Made by a program: the position numbers and the translations under genes. 64,000 bases of DNA from Thermodesulfobacteriota bacterium (lineage in GTDB: Bacteria > Desulfobacterota_D > UBA1144 > Nemesobacterales > CSP1-2), in NCBI GenBank assembly GCA_035559815.1, contig DATMAT010000028.1:132-64131 (forward strand), read 5' to 3'. Under the pieces are notes generated by a model. That model searched no databases. It worked only from the letters and a program-made list of their open reading frames with translations, and had not been told where the DNA came from. Positions 1 through 9,790 of the stretch are shown here, piece after piece; the first letter of the stretch is position 1, and each line of letters starts with the position of its first letter.

Positions 1-360
1 TGGAGTATGAATGACATTGATTTTTTGTCTGCCTATTTCTATCGTGCTACCCTCATCTATAGCTTCGCTTTCCGAAGAGATAAAAACCCGCCCTATCGGG
101 TGGATTAATATATTGGCAAACGTGGCCTTTCTCATGGTTTCATTCCCTTCTATATGGTCAGGATGGGCATGGGTGTTGATCACATACTTGGCCCTCAACT
201 TTCGATCTCTTATAAAATTAAGCAGGGTCTTCGCATCGAGCGGGTCGATGACAGCACATTCAGAGGTTTCTTCACACCAGAGGACGTAGTTATAGTTCTT
301 ATCGCTTTCTTCTATGCGGATCCGGGCAATCCCGTATCCTTTCTCGATGAATAAATCCAT
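1..360 (-). CDS. MBL-fold metallo-hydrolase (glyoxalase II / hydroxyacylglutathione hydrolase-like), N-terminal 120 codons; the 3' end runs off the window
   Basis: Absent from the ORF track because it has no in-window stop. Reverse translation from the ATG at 360-358 gives MDLFIEKGYGIARIRIEESDKNYNYVLWCEETSECAVIDPLDAKTLLNFIRDRKLRAKYVINTHAHPDHIEGNETMRKATFANILIHP... THAHPDH is the HxHxDH zinc motif of the metallo-beta-lactamase fold. The frame stays open to position 1. Confidence 0.75.
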   Translation of the reverse strand, partial: MDLFIEKGYGIARIRIEESDKNYNYVLWCEETSECAVIDPLDAKTLLNFIRDRKLRAKYVINTHAHPDHIEGNETMRKATFANILIHPIGRVFISSESEAIDEGSTIEIGRQKINVIHTP

Positions 361-383
361 TTTTGCCTTCTCTTGAATTAACT

Positions 384-656
384 CTATTCTACGGCAACTT
401 TACATTTATCAAAGATTTTACATGGAAAAAGGAGATTACTTAGCAAATCTCCCAGGTCGACAAAGCTTCCGGCAAGCATGAGTTTCAGGCTCAATTTTTT
501 CCCGTGTACCAACACAAAAAGCTCATCAATCGAAGAAAATTTTACATATCCCTTCTCTACACTGGCCAGGGTTCCCCTCAAAACCATTCTATGACCCATA
601 AGGACGGCTTCTATATGCTTTCCGCTAAACTGTCTCAACTCTATTTCATTCATCAC
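384..656 (-). CDS. hypothetical small protein (about 89-90 aa), probably co-transcribed with the MBL-fold gene
   Basis: The ORF has a GGGGGA Shine-Dalgarno 5-8 nt upstream of the GTG(656)/ATG(653) start. It lies 23 nt upstream of the next minus-strand gene. I recognise no motif. Confidence 0.45.
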   Translation of the reverse strand: MMNEIELRQFSGKHIEAVLMGHRMVLRGTLASVEKGYVKFSSIDELFVLVHGKKLSLKLMLAGSFVDLGDLLSNLLFPCKIFDKCKVAVE

Positions 657-921
657 ATAATCCCCCGGGAATAGTTATGGATTTAATAATACACGATAAT
701 AGCGTTTGGCTATGGGTGGAAGGAAACACTATCGGGCATGACCGATAAAACACTTTGCCGATCAGGTCACCAGAATCGATTGAGCATGTGCTTAGTATAA
801 GCTTTCCCTGTATTCATCACCCCACTCGACCGGGTTATGACATATTTGCTCGTATATTGCCTTTAATTTCATTGACTCTTTGTAACCCCGGTATATACTC
901 CATGTTAATTTACTACCCAGT

Positions 922-1326
922 ATGAACACAATATTTGCTAAGACAATAAACACAGCCTTTGTCCTGGTCTTATTGGTAGTACCAACGGTCTCATGCAGCG
1001 GGGCAAAGGAAAAACCAATCCCTGGGGCAAATATTGCCGGAATCAGGACTCCAATCACCAGGATACTTATCTCACCGCTGGCCTTTGATGCAGCCATCGT
1101 AGCCGTTGAAGGATTAGCACACGACGTGCATGAAGAAAGCTTAAACGGAGAAGAAAAAACGATTTTTAAGCTCTCCGACTTAAAAGGAAATTTTATAAAC
1201 ATAGTCATCGACGGCTCCTGGGATATCTACGAAAATGACTACCTAATAGTTGGAGGAGTCTATAGAAGAGCTAAAAACGAGATTGAAGCAACCCAACTAG
1301 AAAAGATAAAGCTAGAAGAGGATTAG
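922..1326 (+). CDS. putative lipoprotein (hypothetical)
   Basis: The N-terminus MNTIFAKTINTAFVLVLLVVPTVSC|SG has a signal peptide plus a lipobox-like VSC. The remainder has normal amino-acid composition. I preferred it over the overlapping Ser-rich antisense ORF 792..1208. Confidence 0.5.
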   Translation: MNTIFAKTINTAFVLVLLVVPTVSCSGAKEKPIPGANIAGIRTPITRILISPLAFDAAIVAVEGLAHDVHEESLNGEEKTIFKLSDLKGNFINIVIDGSWDIYENDYLIVGGVYRRAKNEIEATQLEKIKLEED

Positions 1327-1455
1327 ATAAACTCATTTCGGCTGACCTTTTACAAAGAAAACACTTAATTTTTCTAACTCCCCCAGAGGTCAAATTTTCT
1401 TGACAACATCGGAATTAAAGGGTAATTCTTAAAGATTAATTTAACGAGGAAAACC

Positions 1456-2691
1456 ATGAGTTTCGTGAAGGGTCTAAAATGCCGGGAATGTGGACGGGAG
1501 TACCCAAAGGAGCCTGTCCACGTTTGTGAATTTTGCTTTGGTCCTCTTGAAGTAAGCTACAATTATGACGAAATAAAGGGCGTCCTCACACGCGAAGCCA
1601 TAGAGAAAAGAGAGTCCAACATGTGGCGCTACAGCGAGCTCTTGCCTATAGACGAGTCTCCAACAGTGGGTAAGCATGTGGGATTCACTCCCCTTCTTAG
1701 GGCAAACAACCTGGCCAGGGCATTGGGGGTTAGAGAAATATACATAAAAAATGATTCCGTATCCTGCCCAACATTATCTTTTAAAGATAGAGTAGTATCC
1801 GTGGCTCTATCTAAGGCAAAAGAATTCGGCTTTAGAACGGTTGCCTGCGCCTCTACCGGCAATTTGGCAAACGCCGTTGCCTCCCTAGCCACGTCCGGGC
1901 GACTGGAAAGCTATATATTCATCCCTCGCGACTTGGAGCAGGCAAAAATAATCGGGACATCCGTCTATGGTGGTAGGCTCATCGGGATTAACGGAAGTTA
2001 TGATGATGTGAATCGCCTTTGCAGTGAAATAGCCGGAAAGTTTGGCTGGGCTTTTGTCAACATTAACATGCGCCCATATTACGCGGAAGGCTCCAAAACC
2101 TTCGGCTTTGAGATAATGGAACAACTGGGATGGCGCGTCCCGAGGCACATTGTAATACCAATGGCCAGCGGTTCCCTACTCACCAAGATATGGAAGTCTA
2201 TAAAAGAGTTTGAGAAGCTAGGTCTAGTAGATATTACCGAGACTAGGATATACGGTGCTCAAGCAAAGGGATGTTCTCCCATCACCACCGCAGTCAAGAA
2301 TGGCTGGGAAGCCTTCAAGCCAGTAAAACCCGATACAATCGCAAAATCCCTAGCCATAGGAAACCCGGCGGACGGCTATTATGCCATGAGTGTAATCAGG
2401 GAAAGCGGCGGATACGGCGAAGACGCTACGGACGAAGAAATCGTCTCCGCGATGAAACTGCTTGCTGAAACCGAGGGAATATTCACCGAAACCGCAGGCG
2501 GAGTGACTCTGGCGGTAGCGGTAAAGCTGATCAACCAGGGGGTTATACCCCGGGACGAATCAATAGTTGTATCCATCACTGGGAATGGGCTTAAGACCCA
2601 AGAGCCTCTCCTGGATAAAGTTTCTAAGCCTTATATAATTGATGCAAAACTTGAAGAATTTGACAAACTCTATTCAAGGATTAATAGTTGA
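1456..2691 (+). CDS. thrC: threonine-synthase-family PLP enzyme with an N-terminal Cys4 zinc ribbon (ThrC-like; may be sulfur-carrier dependent, see findings)
   Basis: 411 aa. It has CRECG...CEFC at the N-terminus, the PLP-lysine motif LSFKDR, and a Gly-rich ASTGN loop typical of fold-type II ThrC. A GAGGA SD sits upstream of the ATG. Confidence 0.85.
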   Translation: MSFVKGLKCRECGREYPKEPVHVCEFCFGPLEVSYNYDEIKGVLTREAIEKRESNMWRYSELLPIDESPTVGKHVGFTPLLRANNLARALGVREIYIKNDSVSCPTLSFKDRVVSVALSKAKEFGFRTVACASTGNLANAVASLATSGRLESYIFIPRDLEQAKIIGTSVYGGRLIGINGSYDDVNRLCSEIAGKFGWAFVNINMRPYYAEGSKTFGFEIMEQLGWRVPRHIVIPMASGSLLTKIWKSIKEFEKLGLVDITETRIYGAQAKGCSPITTAVKNGWEAFKPVKPDTIAKSLAIGNPADGYYAMSVIRESGGYGEDATDEEIVSAMKLLAETEGIFTETAGGVTLAVAVKLINQGVIPRDESIVVSITGNGLKTQEPLLDKVSKPYIIDAKLEEFDKLYSRINS

Positions 2692-2709
2692 GAAGAGGAG
2701 GTAAGTAAA

Positions 2710-2988
2710 ATGCCCTCTGTAAGAATACCTACCCCACTCAGGAGACTAACCGGGGAGAAAGATGAGGTAACGGTGAACTCGAAAAACATTGGCGAGCTGA
2801 TTAATGAACTGGAAAAACAGTTCCCGGGCATAAGAGAAAGACTTTGTGACGAGACCGGAAACGTAAGGAGGTTTATAAACCTCTACGTCAACAACGAGGA
2901 CATCAGGTTTTTAAAGGGAGTAGAAACCGAGCTCAAAGAAAATGATATCGTTTCCATCATCCCAGCCATAGCCGGCGGCATCGAGTGA
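2710..2988 (+). CDS. MoaD/ThiS/CysO-family sulfur-carrier protein ending GG-IE
   Basis: 92 aa. The beta-grasp carrier pattern IPTPLRRLTG...RFINLYVNNEDIRF...NDIVSIIPAIAGGIE closely resembles my memory of M. tuberculosis CysO. An AGGAGG SD is present. It starts 18 nt after the thrC-like stop. Confidence 0.8.
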   Translation: MPSVRIPTPLRRLTGEKDEVTVNSKNIGELINELEKQFPGIRERLCDETGNVRRFINLYVNNEDIRFLKGVETELKENDIVSIIPAIAGGIE

Positions 2989-3186
2989 TAGTAACGATGT
3001 TCACGTCGCTGCCTGCACTAACAACCAAGAGCGGAATAGTACTCATCGGCGATGTGTTAAAATTTTTACGCTATATCCCTCCAGCCAGGAGGGAGTAATT
3101 CTCTTGAGCTAGGCCCTATAAATCCTAGGCGGTATATGGTTTAGCAACTGATAATTTGGAAAAAAGCAGATAGGAGGTAGTGGTCA

Positions 3187-3879
3187 ATGAGCAAGTATAA
3201 GTCTCTTTTATTTTTCTTGATAATTGCCCTAGCATTTGCCTACGGTTGCGCCAAGAAACCGGATGAGGAACTAAGTAGCGCCGAGGCAGCACTTCAAGCC
3301 GCTCAAGAAGCAGGGGCTCAGGAATTGGCACCGGAGGAGTATGAAGCCGCCGAGGAACTACTAAGGCGGGCAAAGGAATTGATCGGACAGGGCAAATACG
3401 ATGAGGCCAGAGAGCTATTACGACAGGCCAGGGCAAAAGCTGAAGAGGCTAGGAGCAAAGCCGAGTTTGCCAAGCAGGAGCAGGAGTTGGAAAGGCTCAG
3501 GCGTGGTGTACCCGAGGTAACTGGGCTAGGAATCCAGGACATTTTCTTTGATTTTGACCGGTATGATATCCGGGTCGACGCCAGGCCGGTGCTAGATCAA
3601 AACGCACAAATCTTGAGCACGAATACTAACGTGAACGTGGTGATAGAAGGATACTGTGACATAAGGGGGACTGACGAGTACAACCTTGCCCTCGGTCAGA
3701 GAAGGGCCGAATCTACAAAAAACTACCTAGTTCGTCTTGGAATATCGCCTGCGCGAATACAAGCGGTAAGCCGCGGAGAAACCACCCAATGGGCTGAAGG
3801 AACCGATGAATACGCTTATCAACAAAATAGAAGGGCTCATTTCATTCCTACTTCTACAACCTTTGGACCTTCGAGCTAA
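3187..3879 (+). CDS. OmpA-family / Pal-like peptidoglycan-associated lipoprotein with a helical N-terminal region
   Basis: Lipobox LAFAYGC. An Ala/Glu-rich helical segment follows. The OmpA_C motif series is FDFDRYDIR...NVVIEGYCDIRGTDEYNLALGQRRAESTKNYLVRLGI. An AGGAGG SD is present. Confidence 0.85.
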   Translation: MSKYKSLLFFLIIALAFAYGCAKKPDEELSSAEAALQAAQEAGAQELAPEEYEAAEELLRRAKELIGQGKYDEARELLRQARAKAEEARSKAEFAKQEQELERLRRGVPEVTGLGIQDIFFDFDRYDIRVDARPVLDQNAQILSTNTNVNVVIEGYCDIRGTDEYNLALGQRRAESTKNYLVRLGISPARIQAVSRGETTQWAEGTDEYAYQQNRRAHFIPTSTTFGPSS

Positions 3880-3909
3880 CACCGTAAGTAACATAGCGAA
3901 ATAAATAGG

Positions 3910-3953
3910 AAGAGAGTTGCTTGGATGAGTTTTATCATCCGAACAACTCTCTT
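3910..3953. terminator. bidirectional stem-loop between the convergent Pal-like gene and dnaJ
   Basis: AAGAGAGTTG (3910-3919) pairs with CAACTCTCTT (3944-3953). An inner GGATGA/TCATCC stem lies within it, and T-rich flanks occur on both strands. It overlaps the last codons of dnaJ. Confidence 0.55.
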
Positions 3954-5026
3954 AGCTTTTCCAGAAAATTTCTAGTAGCCGGACTTTCGTGTCCCTCACT
4001 GGCTTTGGCAAACTCTTCTAACAACTCTTTTTGCCTTGAATTTAGCTTTACCGGGATCTCCACGTTAACCCTTATGAACAGGTCGCCCCGGCCCCTTCCA
4101 TTAAGTGTGGGAATTCCTCTATCTTTAAGCTTAAATGTCTGCCCCGGTTGTGTTCCCGGTGGAATTTTGATGGTGGTCTTACCGTCGAGCGTAGGCACTT
4201 CTATCTCCGAGCCAAGCGCCGCCTGGACAAAATTAATCGGCACCTCGCAAAATATATCCTTTCCCTCTCTCCTGAATAATGGATGATCCTTCACATATAT
4301 CTCGATATACAAATCACCGTTGGGGCCGCCTAGAGCCCCGGCTTCTCCTTCCCCTCGAATTCTGAGCCTAGCCCCATCGCTAATTCCCGCCGGTATTTTT
4401 ACCTTTACCTTTTGCTCGTTGATTATGTATCCCTCTCCCCTACACCGGGAGCAGGCCTTTTTTATTATTCTTCCGGTTCCCCCACAGCTTGAACAAGTTC
4501 TGCTGACGGCAAAGAACCCTTCGGAATATTTAATCGCTCCTTTGCCCCTGCATACCAGGCAAACGGATTCGCCACCGGGGGCAGCCCCTCTTCCACCACA
4601 TTCCGAGCAAAAAACCCTCTTAGGAAGGGAAATCTCCTTCTCCGTACCAAAGGCCGCTTCTTCAAAATCAATTTCCAGATTGTATTTTAAGTCCCTGCCC
4701 CTCTCCGGACGCCGTCGTCTGCCGGCGTTGAATACCTCATCAAAAAGATTCTCGAAGAGGTCGTTAAAATTGCCGGAAAATTCGAAGTCCGAGAATAAGC
4801 CCTCGTTGGTCATGTGGCCGAAACTATCGTACCGTGCCCTCTTCTCCGGGTTGCTCAAAACCTGGTAAGCTTCGTTAATTTCCTTGAATCTTTCTTCCGC
4901 GGCAGGGTTTCCAGGATTTCTATCCGGATGGTATTCGAAGGCTAGCTTTTTATAAGCCTTTTTTATTTCTTCTTGATTTGCATTCCGGTTAAGCCCCAGA
5001 ACCTCATAAAAATCTCTTCTCGCCAT
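3935..5026 (-). CDS. dnaJ: molecular chaperone DnaJ (type I)
   Basis: The J-domain has HPDRN. Four CxxCxGxG zinc-finger repeats are present (CSECGGRG, CLVCRGKG, CSSCGGTG, CSRCRGEG). It is the last gene of the hrcA-grpE-dnaK-dnaJ order. Confidence 0.95.
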   Translation of the reverse strand: MARRDFYEVLGLNRNANQEEIKKAYKKLAFEYHPDRNPGNPAAEERFKEINEAYQVLSNPEKRARYDSFGHMTNEGLFSDFEFSGNFNDLFENLFDEVFNAGRRRRPERGRDLKYNLEIDFEEAAFGTEKEISLPKRVFCSECGGRGAAPGGESVCLVCRGKGAIKYSEGFFAVSRTCSSCGGTGRIIKKACSRCRGEGYIINEQKVKVKIPAGISDGARLRIRGEGEAGALGGPNGDLYIEIYVKDHPLFRREGKDIFCEVPINFVQAALGSEIEVPTLDGKTTIKIPPGTQPGQTFKLKDRGIPTLNGRGRGDLFIRVNVEIPVKLNSRQKELLEEFAKASEGHESPATRNFLEKLRELFG

Positions 5027-5069
5027 AATTAAACCATTTCGTAATTAGAGAGGTTAAGCAAGTTATTTT

Positions 5070-6887
5070 CTATTCTGCGCTTTTGGCTCTTTGGGAATAT
5101 ATAAACTCGGCAAAGCGGTAAGACGCTTCCTTGAGTTCATTCAAAGCATCCTTGATATCTATATAACTCTCACCATGGAGAACCTCCTTGGTCCTTCCGA
5201 TCGCTTTTTCTATCAACTTTCTTATTTCCGGTTCAGCCTTTTCACCATAGGCATCTAGGGTCTTATTTACCGAGTAAAGCAGGCCCTCGGCCTCGTTTTT
5301 CAGTAGAGCCAGTTCTTTTCGCTTCCGGTCTTCGTCTACACTCTTTTGCCCCTCTTCTATTATCTTTTGAATCTCTTCCTCGCTCAACCCTCCAGACGGA
5401 AATACTTGAATCGCCTGCTTTTTCCCGGTACCGAGGTCTCTTGCCGAGACGTGAAGTATGCCGTCGGCATCGACTTCGAAAGATACCTCTACTTGAGGCA
5501 TACCCCTGGGAGCAGGCGGAATACCCACGAGGTTGAACCTGGCCAAAGAAATATTGTCTGAGGACATCTCTCGTTCACCCTGAAGCACATGTACGCTCAC
5601 AAAATCCTGATTGTCTATGGCTGTAGTGAAAATCCGACTTCTTCTGGTAGGAATCGTGGTGTTCCTTTCTATAATCTTGGTGAATAGACCTCCTTTCGTC
5701 TCCACGCCCAAAGACAGCGGGACGACGTCCAGCAGAAGAACTTCGTCAACCTTGCCCTCGAGAACGCCACCCTGTATCGCTGCACCAATTGCTACCACCT
5801 CGTCAGGGTTTATTCTTTTTTGGGGCTCCTTCTGAAATATGCTTTTTACCTTCTCTTGAACTTTGGGCATCCTGGTCATACCGCCAACAAGAACCACCTC
5901 ATCTATCTCGGTGGGTTTCAACTTGGCGTCTTCGAAGGCTTGCCGGCAGGGGATCTCCAGCCTTTCTATCAGGTCGTCTACTAATTCTTCCAATTCCGAC
6001 CGGGTGATTTTTACGTTAAGGTGCTTGGGGCCGCTGGTATCCACCGCTATGAAAGGCAGATTTATGTTTGTCTCCAGGATGGAGGACAACTCATGTTTGG
6101 CTTTTTCGCACGCTTCTCTTATCCTTTGAAGCGCCATCTTGTCGACTCTGAGGTCTATCCCGTTTTTTTTCTTGAAATCCTCTATAGCGAACTCCACCAA
6201 TTTCTGGTCGAAATCGTCTCCGCCCAGGAAAGTATCTCCGCTGGTTGACTTAACCTCAAAAACGCCATTGGCGATCTCCAGAACAGTTATATCAAATGTC
6301 CCTCCTCCCAGGTCGAAAACGGCCACTCGCTGATTGCCCTTTTTATCCAGACCGTAAGCCAGAGCAGCCGCGGTTGGCTCGTTAATTATGCGCCTCACGT
6401 TAAATCCGGCGATTCTGCCAGCGTCCTTCGTGGCCTGACGTTGACGGTCGTTAAAATGAGCAGGTACCGTTATGACCGCCTCATCAACCTCATGACCTAG
6501 GTACTCCTCAGCAATCTGCTTCATCTTCGTGAGTATTATCGCCGAAATCTCCTGCGGGCTGTATCCTTTTCCGTTCACTTCAACCCAAGCATCGTCCGAA
6601 GAACTGGAAGTGATGTTGTAAGGAGCATACTGTCTAGCTTTCACCACTTCCGGCGCATCGTATCGCCTGCCGATGAGCCTCTTTACGCCAAAAATGGTAT
6701 TAAGAGGATTCACCACCGCCTGTCTCTTGGCCACTGCACCGGCAAACCTGCTCCCATCTTCAGTAAAAGCTACTACGGAGGGTGTGGTTCTGCTGCCTTC
6801 TTCATTGGGAATGACAACCGGGCTGCCACCCTCAATCACCGCCACGCAAGAATTCGTAGTACCAAGGTCTATTCCAACTATAGGCAT
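5070..6887 (-). CDS. dnaK: Hsp70 chaperone, DnaK paralogue (605 aa, lacks the acidic C-terminal tail)
   Basis: Motifs [17 protein letters not shown] and [10 protein letters not shown] are present, and the substrate-binding domain is full length. A GAGGA SD is present. It lies between grpE and dnaJ. Confidence 0.9.
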   Translation of the reverse strand: MPIVGIDLGTTNSCVAVIEGGSPVVIPNEEGSRTTPSVVAFTEDGSRFAGAVAKRQAVVNPLNTIFGVKRLIGRRYDAPEVVKARQYAPYNITSSSSDDAWVEVNGKGYSPQEISAIILTKMKQIAEEYLGHEVDEAVITVPAHFNDRQRQATKDAGRIAGFNVRRIINEPTAAALAYGLDKKGNQRVAVFDLGGGTFDITVLEIANGVFEVKSTSGDTFLGGDDFDQKLVEFAIEDFKKKNGIDLRVDKMALQRIREACEKAKHELSSILETNINLPFIAVDTSGPKHLNVKITRSELEELVDDLIERLEIPCRQAFEDAKLKPTEIDEVVLVGGMTRMPKVQEKVKSIFQKEPQKRINPDEVVAIGAAIQGGVLEGKVDEVLLLDVVPLSLGVETKGGLFTKIIERNTTIPTRRSRIFTTAIDNQDFVSVHVLQGEREMSSDNISLARFNLVGIPPAPRGMPQVEVSFEVDADGILHVSARDLGTGKKQAIQVFPSGGLSEEEIQKIIEEGQKSVDEDRKRKELALLKNEAEGLLYSVNKTLDAYGEKAEPEIRKLIEKAIGRTKEVLHGESYIDIKDALNELKEASYRFAEFIYSQRAKSAE

Positions 6888-6896
6888 TGCCGTCCT

Positions 6897-7604
6897 CTAA
6901 ATATTATCATCTAAATCCTCATCAGTTATATCCAATAATTCTCCCGGGCTGCCGTCGCTCTTTTTCTTTTCTTCCGGTTTATCCGGAGAGGCACCCTCAG
7001 TGGTCGTTTCCCGGTGCTCCTTTGATACCACCACCAAGGCTGGCCTTAGTAATCGGTCTTTAAGAGTATACCCTTTTAACATTTCAGAGAGAATTATGCC
7101 CGGGGTTAAATCTTTGGTTTCCACACGTTCTATGGCTTGATGATATCTTGGGTCAAACTCCTGGCCTTTATTAGCCTCTACCGGTTGTACCCCGAACCTC
7201 TCCAGACAACTGAGGAAGTGTTTATAAACCAATTTTACCCCCTCGACAATCGGGCCGTCCTGCTCGGCAGACTCGGAATGCTCCAATGCTCGCTCCAGGT
7301 TATCCAGTACGTTAAGCAGGGCCTTTATCAGTTCTTCATTTCCATAAGCTATGATATCGGCCTTCTCCTTTGATACCCTCTTCTTGTAATTATCAAAATC
7401 TGCGGCCATTCTTAAGTAGCGGTCGTGAAGGTCGTTATACTCTTTATTTTTATCTTCTAACCTTTGTTCTAGCTGCTTCAGCCTTAAATGCAGGTCCTCT
7501 GCAGCCGACCCTGATTCCGCATTAGCCTCTACCGTGCCTCCTATCTCGGAATCACTCTCGATACCTGTTATTTCTTTTTCTTCGTCTCTATCGTTACCGC
7601 TCAT
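6897..7604 (-). CDS. grpE: nucleotide exchange factor GrpE
   Basis: The GrpE core reads YLRMAADFDNYKKR...VYKHF...GQEFDPRYHQAI. I place the start at the ATG at 7604, preceded by GGAGGGGGAG, rather than the TTG at 7619. It overlaps the hrcA stop. Confidence 0.9.
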   Translation of the reverse strand: MSGNDRDEEKEITGIESDSEIGGTVEANAESGSAAEDLHLRLKQLEQRLEDKNKEYNDLHDRYLRMAADFDNYKKRVSKEKADIIAYGNEELIKALLNVLDNLERALEHSESAEQDGPIVEGVKLVYKHFLSCLERFGVQPVEANKGQEFDPRYHQAIERVETKDLTPGIILSEMLKGYTLKDRLLRPALVVVSKEHRETTTEGASPDKPEEKKKSDGSPGELLDITDEDLDDNI

Positions 7605-8634
7605 TATCTCCCCCTCCAACTATTTTACTCACAAGCCTAGCCGTATAATCAACCAACGGAATAATTTGAGAATAATCCATGCGTATCGGGCCTAGAACAC
7701 CTAGTGTTCCTAGTCTCTTTTTATCGCCGTAGGGTGCAGCAACCAGGCTATAACCCTCGATAACGCCGTTCTCCAAACCTACGAAAACCTTGGTGCCTTG
7801 GCCCTTCATTACTTTTTCCAGAATATCCAACAGGAAGTCTTTTTCTTCGAAGGCCTTAAAAAGCTCTTTGAGCGCGCCAGGATTAACAAAATGAGCATTC
7901 TCTAAAAAAGAAGTCTGCCCCCTAATGTAGAAGTCGGATTTAAGTTTCTGCTCAGATACCTTAGTGCTGAACCTTATGACGCTCTCTATGAAATCCCGAT
8001 AAAGCTGCTTTTGATCCTTCAACTCATCCAGCACCAACGATTTCAATTCGTCAAGCGTTAGGCCTATTGATAACTTGTTCAGATAATCGCTTATCCTATA
8101 AAGTGCATCCTTGGGGATTTCCTTCTTAACCCTTATCAGCGTCTTCTCGGTAATCCCTCCCTCGAAAACTATAACCACAAGAACCTTTTTATCTGCCAGC
8201 TTAATCAATTCGGCAGACTTTATCTTCATAAACCTAGTATTGGGAAGAGTAGCCAAACCAGCGCAACAAGATATATCCGATAGCATTCTAGTCGTTTCTT
8301 GCATTACCTGGTCGATGGTTCCGTCTATCTTTTTATAGCGCCTGCTTATAACTACCCTCTTACCTTCAGACAGCTCCTGTGGGTTAAGCAGTGAGTCAAC
8401 ATAAAACCTTACCCCTTTCTCGGTGGGAATTCTACCGGCGGAAACGTGAGGCTGAGCAATATAGCCCTTGTTCATAAGCTCGGCCATAGTATTTCTGACC
8501 GTGGCAGAACTCCAAGGGAGATTATAGCTTTGCACCAGTTTGAACGACCCGGCCGGCTGGCCTGTTTTTATGTAGTGATCTATTATTAGATGAAGCAATT
8601 TCCCGGCTCTATCGGATAGATGCATCACTTTCAT
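7594..8634 (-). CDS. hrcA: heat-inducible transcription repressor HrcA
   Basis: 346 aa. The winged-helix N-terminus reads LLHLIIDHYIKTGQPAGS...SSATVRNTMAELMNKGYI. The position upstream of grpE is the typical one. Confidence 0.9.
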   Translation of the reverse strand: MKVMHLSDRAGKLLHLIIDHYIKTGQPAGSFKLVQSYNLPWSSATVRNTMAELMNKGYIAQPHVSAGRIPTEKGVRFYVDSLLNPQELSEGKRVVISRRYKKIDGTIDQVMQETTRMLSDISCCAGLATLPNTRFMKIKSAELIKLADKKVLVVIVFEGGITEKTLIRVKKEIPKDALYRISDYLNKLSIGLTLDELKSLVLDELKDQKQLYRDFIESVIRFSTKVSEQKLKSDFYIRGQTSFLENAHFVNPGALKELFKAFEEKDFLLDILEKVMKGQGTKVFVGLENGVIEGYSLVAAPYGDKKRLGTLGVLGPIRMDYSQIIPLVDYTARLVSKIVGGGDNER

Positions 8635-8652
8635 GATTAATTATCTTTGAAA

Positions 8653-8681
8653 AATATAATAATTACAAGGCAGATTGTCAA
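8653..8681 (-). promoter_or_regulatory. sigma-70-type promoter for the hrcA operon
   Basis: The minus strand reads TTGACA (8681-8676), a 17-nt spacer, then TATATT (8658-8653), 18 nt before the hrcA ATG. This implies a very short leader. Confidence 0.45.
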
Positions 8682-8830
8682 CGTAAAGGTCGTAATATCC
8701 GCACATGAATACTCGAAACTAATCTCAAATTCCCTTATCCATCCAGCTCAAAGAGCTTGGCGGGTAAGATTACAATATATATCATCATACGGAAAGTTAG
8801 AGTCGCTTTACAATTCCGGTAGAAGAAAGC

Positions 8831-9760
8831 TCAGTGCCGATCGGCAATGCTGAAGGCTACCCCTTCCAAGAGTCCGCCGTCGCTTACTATAATCCGGTCT
8901 TTGGAAAATATCTCCATGGTCTTCAGCACGATCAAAGCACCCGGAATAATGACATCCTCCCTGCCCTTCTCCAATCCAGTAATCTCGTGTCTTTTTCCCG
9001 TGGGGATTTTTATCAAGGAAGCGAAAATTCTCAATACCGCATCACGCTTGAGCACGTGTCCGTTAACCAAGTCGGGATCATAATTATTCATCCCCATGTC
9101 TATGGCTGCTAGGGTAGTGGGCGTTCCCGCCGTGCCGATTAAAGACAGACCGGCCACGGAGTATTCAGATGCCCAGGACAACTGAGAGAGTAGAGTATCC
9201 TCGATGTGCTTTGAAAGCAAGTTAAGTTCGGATTCGCTCGGAATATCATGCCGGAGAAAAAACTCAGCCAGATGCACCACACCAAGATTAGTACTGGCAA
9301 GACCCAGTATCAGTCCATCCTTAACATAGACATACTCGGTACTACCGCCGCCAACATCAAAAATCAGGTTATACTCCGAGACTTTGGGGACCGACCTCAA
9401 CACACCCCGTACGGTAAGCTTAGCCTCTTCCTCCCCCGAAATCAGCTCCGCCCAAATTCCGGTCTCGCTTTTCACCCGTTCTAAGAAATCATGACCGTTT
9501 AAAGCCTCTCTTACCACACTAGTAGCCACCGCCCTCACCTTTTCGACCTTGTATTGTTCCAGAATATCGGCAAAGTTTTTAAGCGTACTAATCGCTCTTT
9601 CCATAGCATCAGGAGAAATTAACCCCTTTTCTTTGCTGAAGCCACCCCCGAGCCTGGTAATTACACGACCTACGTGTACCTTTTTCAGTTCATTACCCTT
9701 TAGCTCACACACCAGTATCCGGAAAGTATTTGTACCGATATCTATCGAAGCTATGCGCAT
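8831..9760 (-). CDS. Ppx/GppA-family phosphatase, short form without the C-terminal HD domain
   Basis: 309 aa. The ASKHA-fold motifs are IASIDIGTNTFRILV and IFDVGGGSTEY. Confidence 0.85.
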   Translation of the reverse strand: MRIASIDIGTNTFRILVCELKGNELKKVHVGRVITRLGGGFSKEKGLISPDAMERAISTLKNFADILEQYKVEKVRAVATSVVREALNGHDFLERVKSETGIWAELISGEEEAKLTVRGVLRSVPKVSEYNLIFDVGGGSTEYVYVKDGLILGLASTNLGVVHLAEFFLRHDIPSESELNLLSKHIEDTLLSQLSWASEYSVAGLSLIGTAGTPTTLAAIDMGMNNYDPDLVNGHVLKRDAVLRIFASLIKIPTGKRHEITGLEKGREDVIIPGALIVLKTMEIFSKDRIIVSDGGLLEGVAFSIADRH

Positions 9761-9790
9761 GAGTAAGAATGTCTCTTGTAATGCTTAAGG

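Noticed and set aside
792-1208. A 138-aa minus-strand ORF overlapping the putative lipoprotein gene
   Set aside because: Its composition is Ser/Thr-rich and irregular, and I saw no signal or SD. The plus-strand ORF has a signal peptide and lipobox and a more protein-like sequence. Confidence in either is only moderate.
1400-1428. A possible promoter, TTGACA-17-TAATTC, upstream of the thrC-like gene
   Set aside because: The -35 element is perfect, but the -10 element matches only 3 of 6 positions. It is not strong enough to report as a feature.
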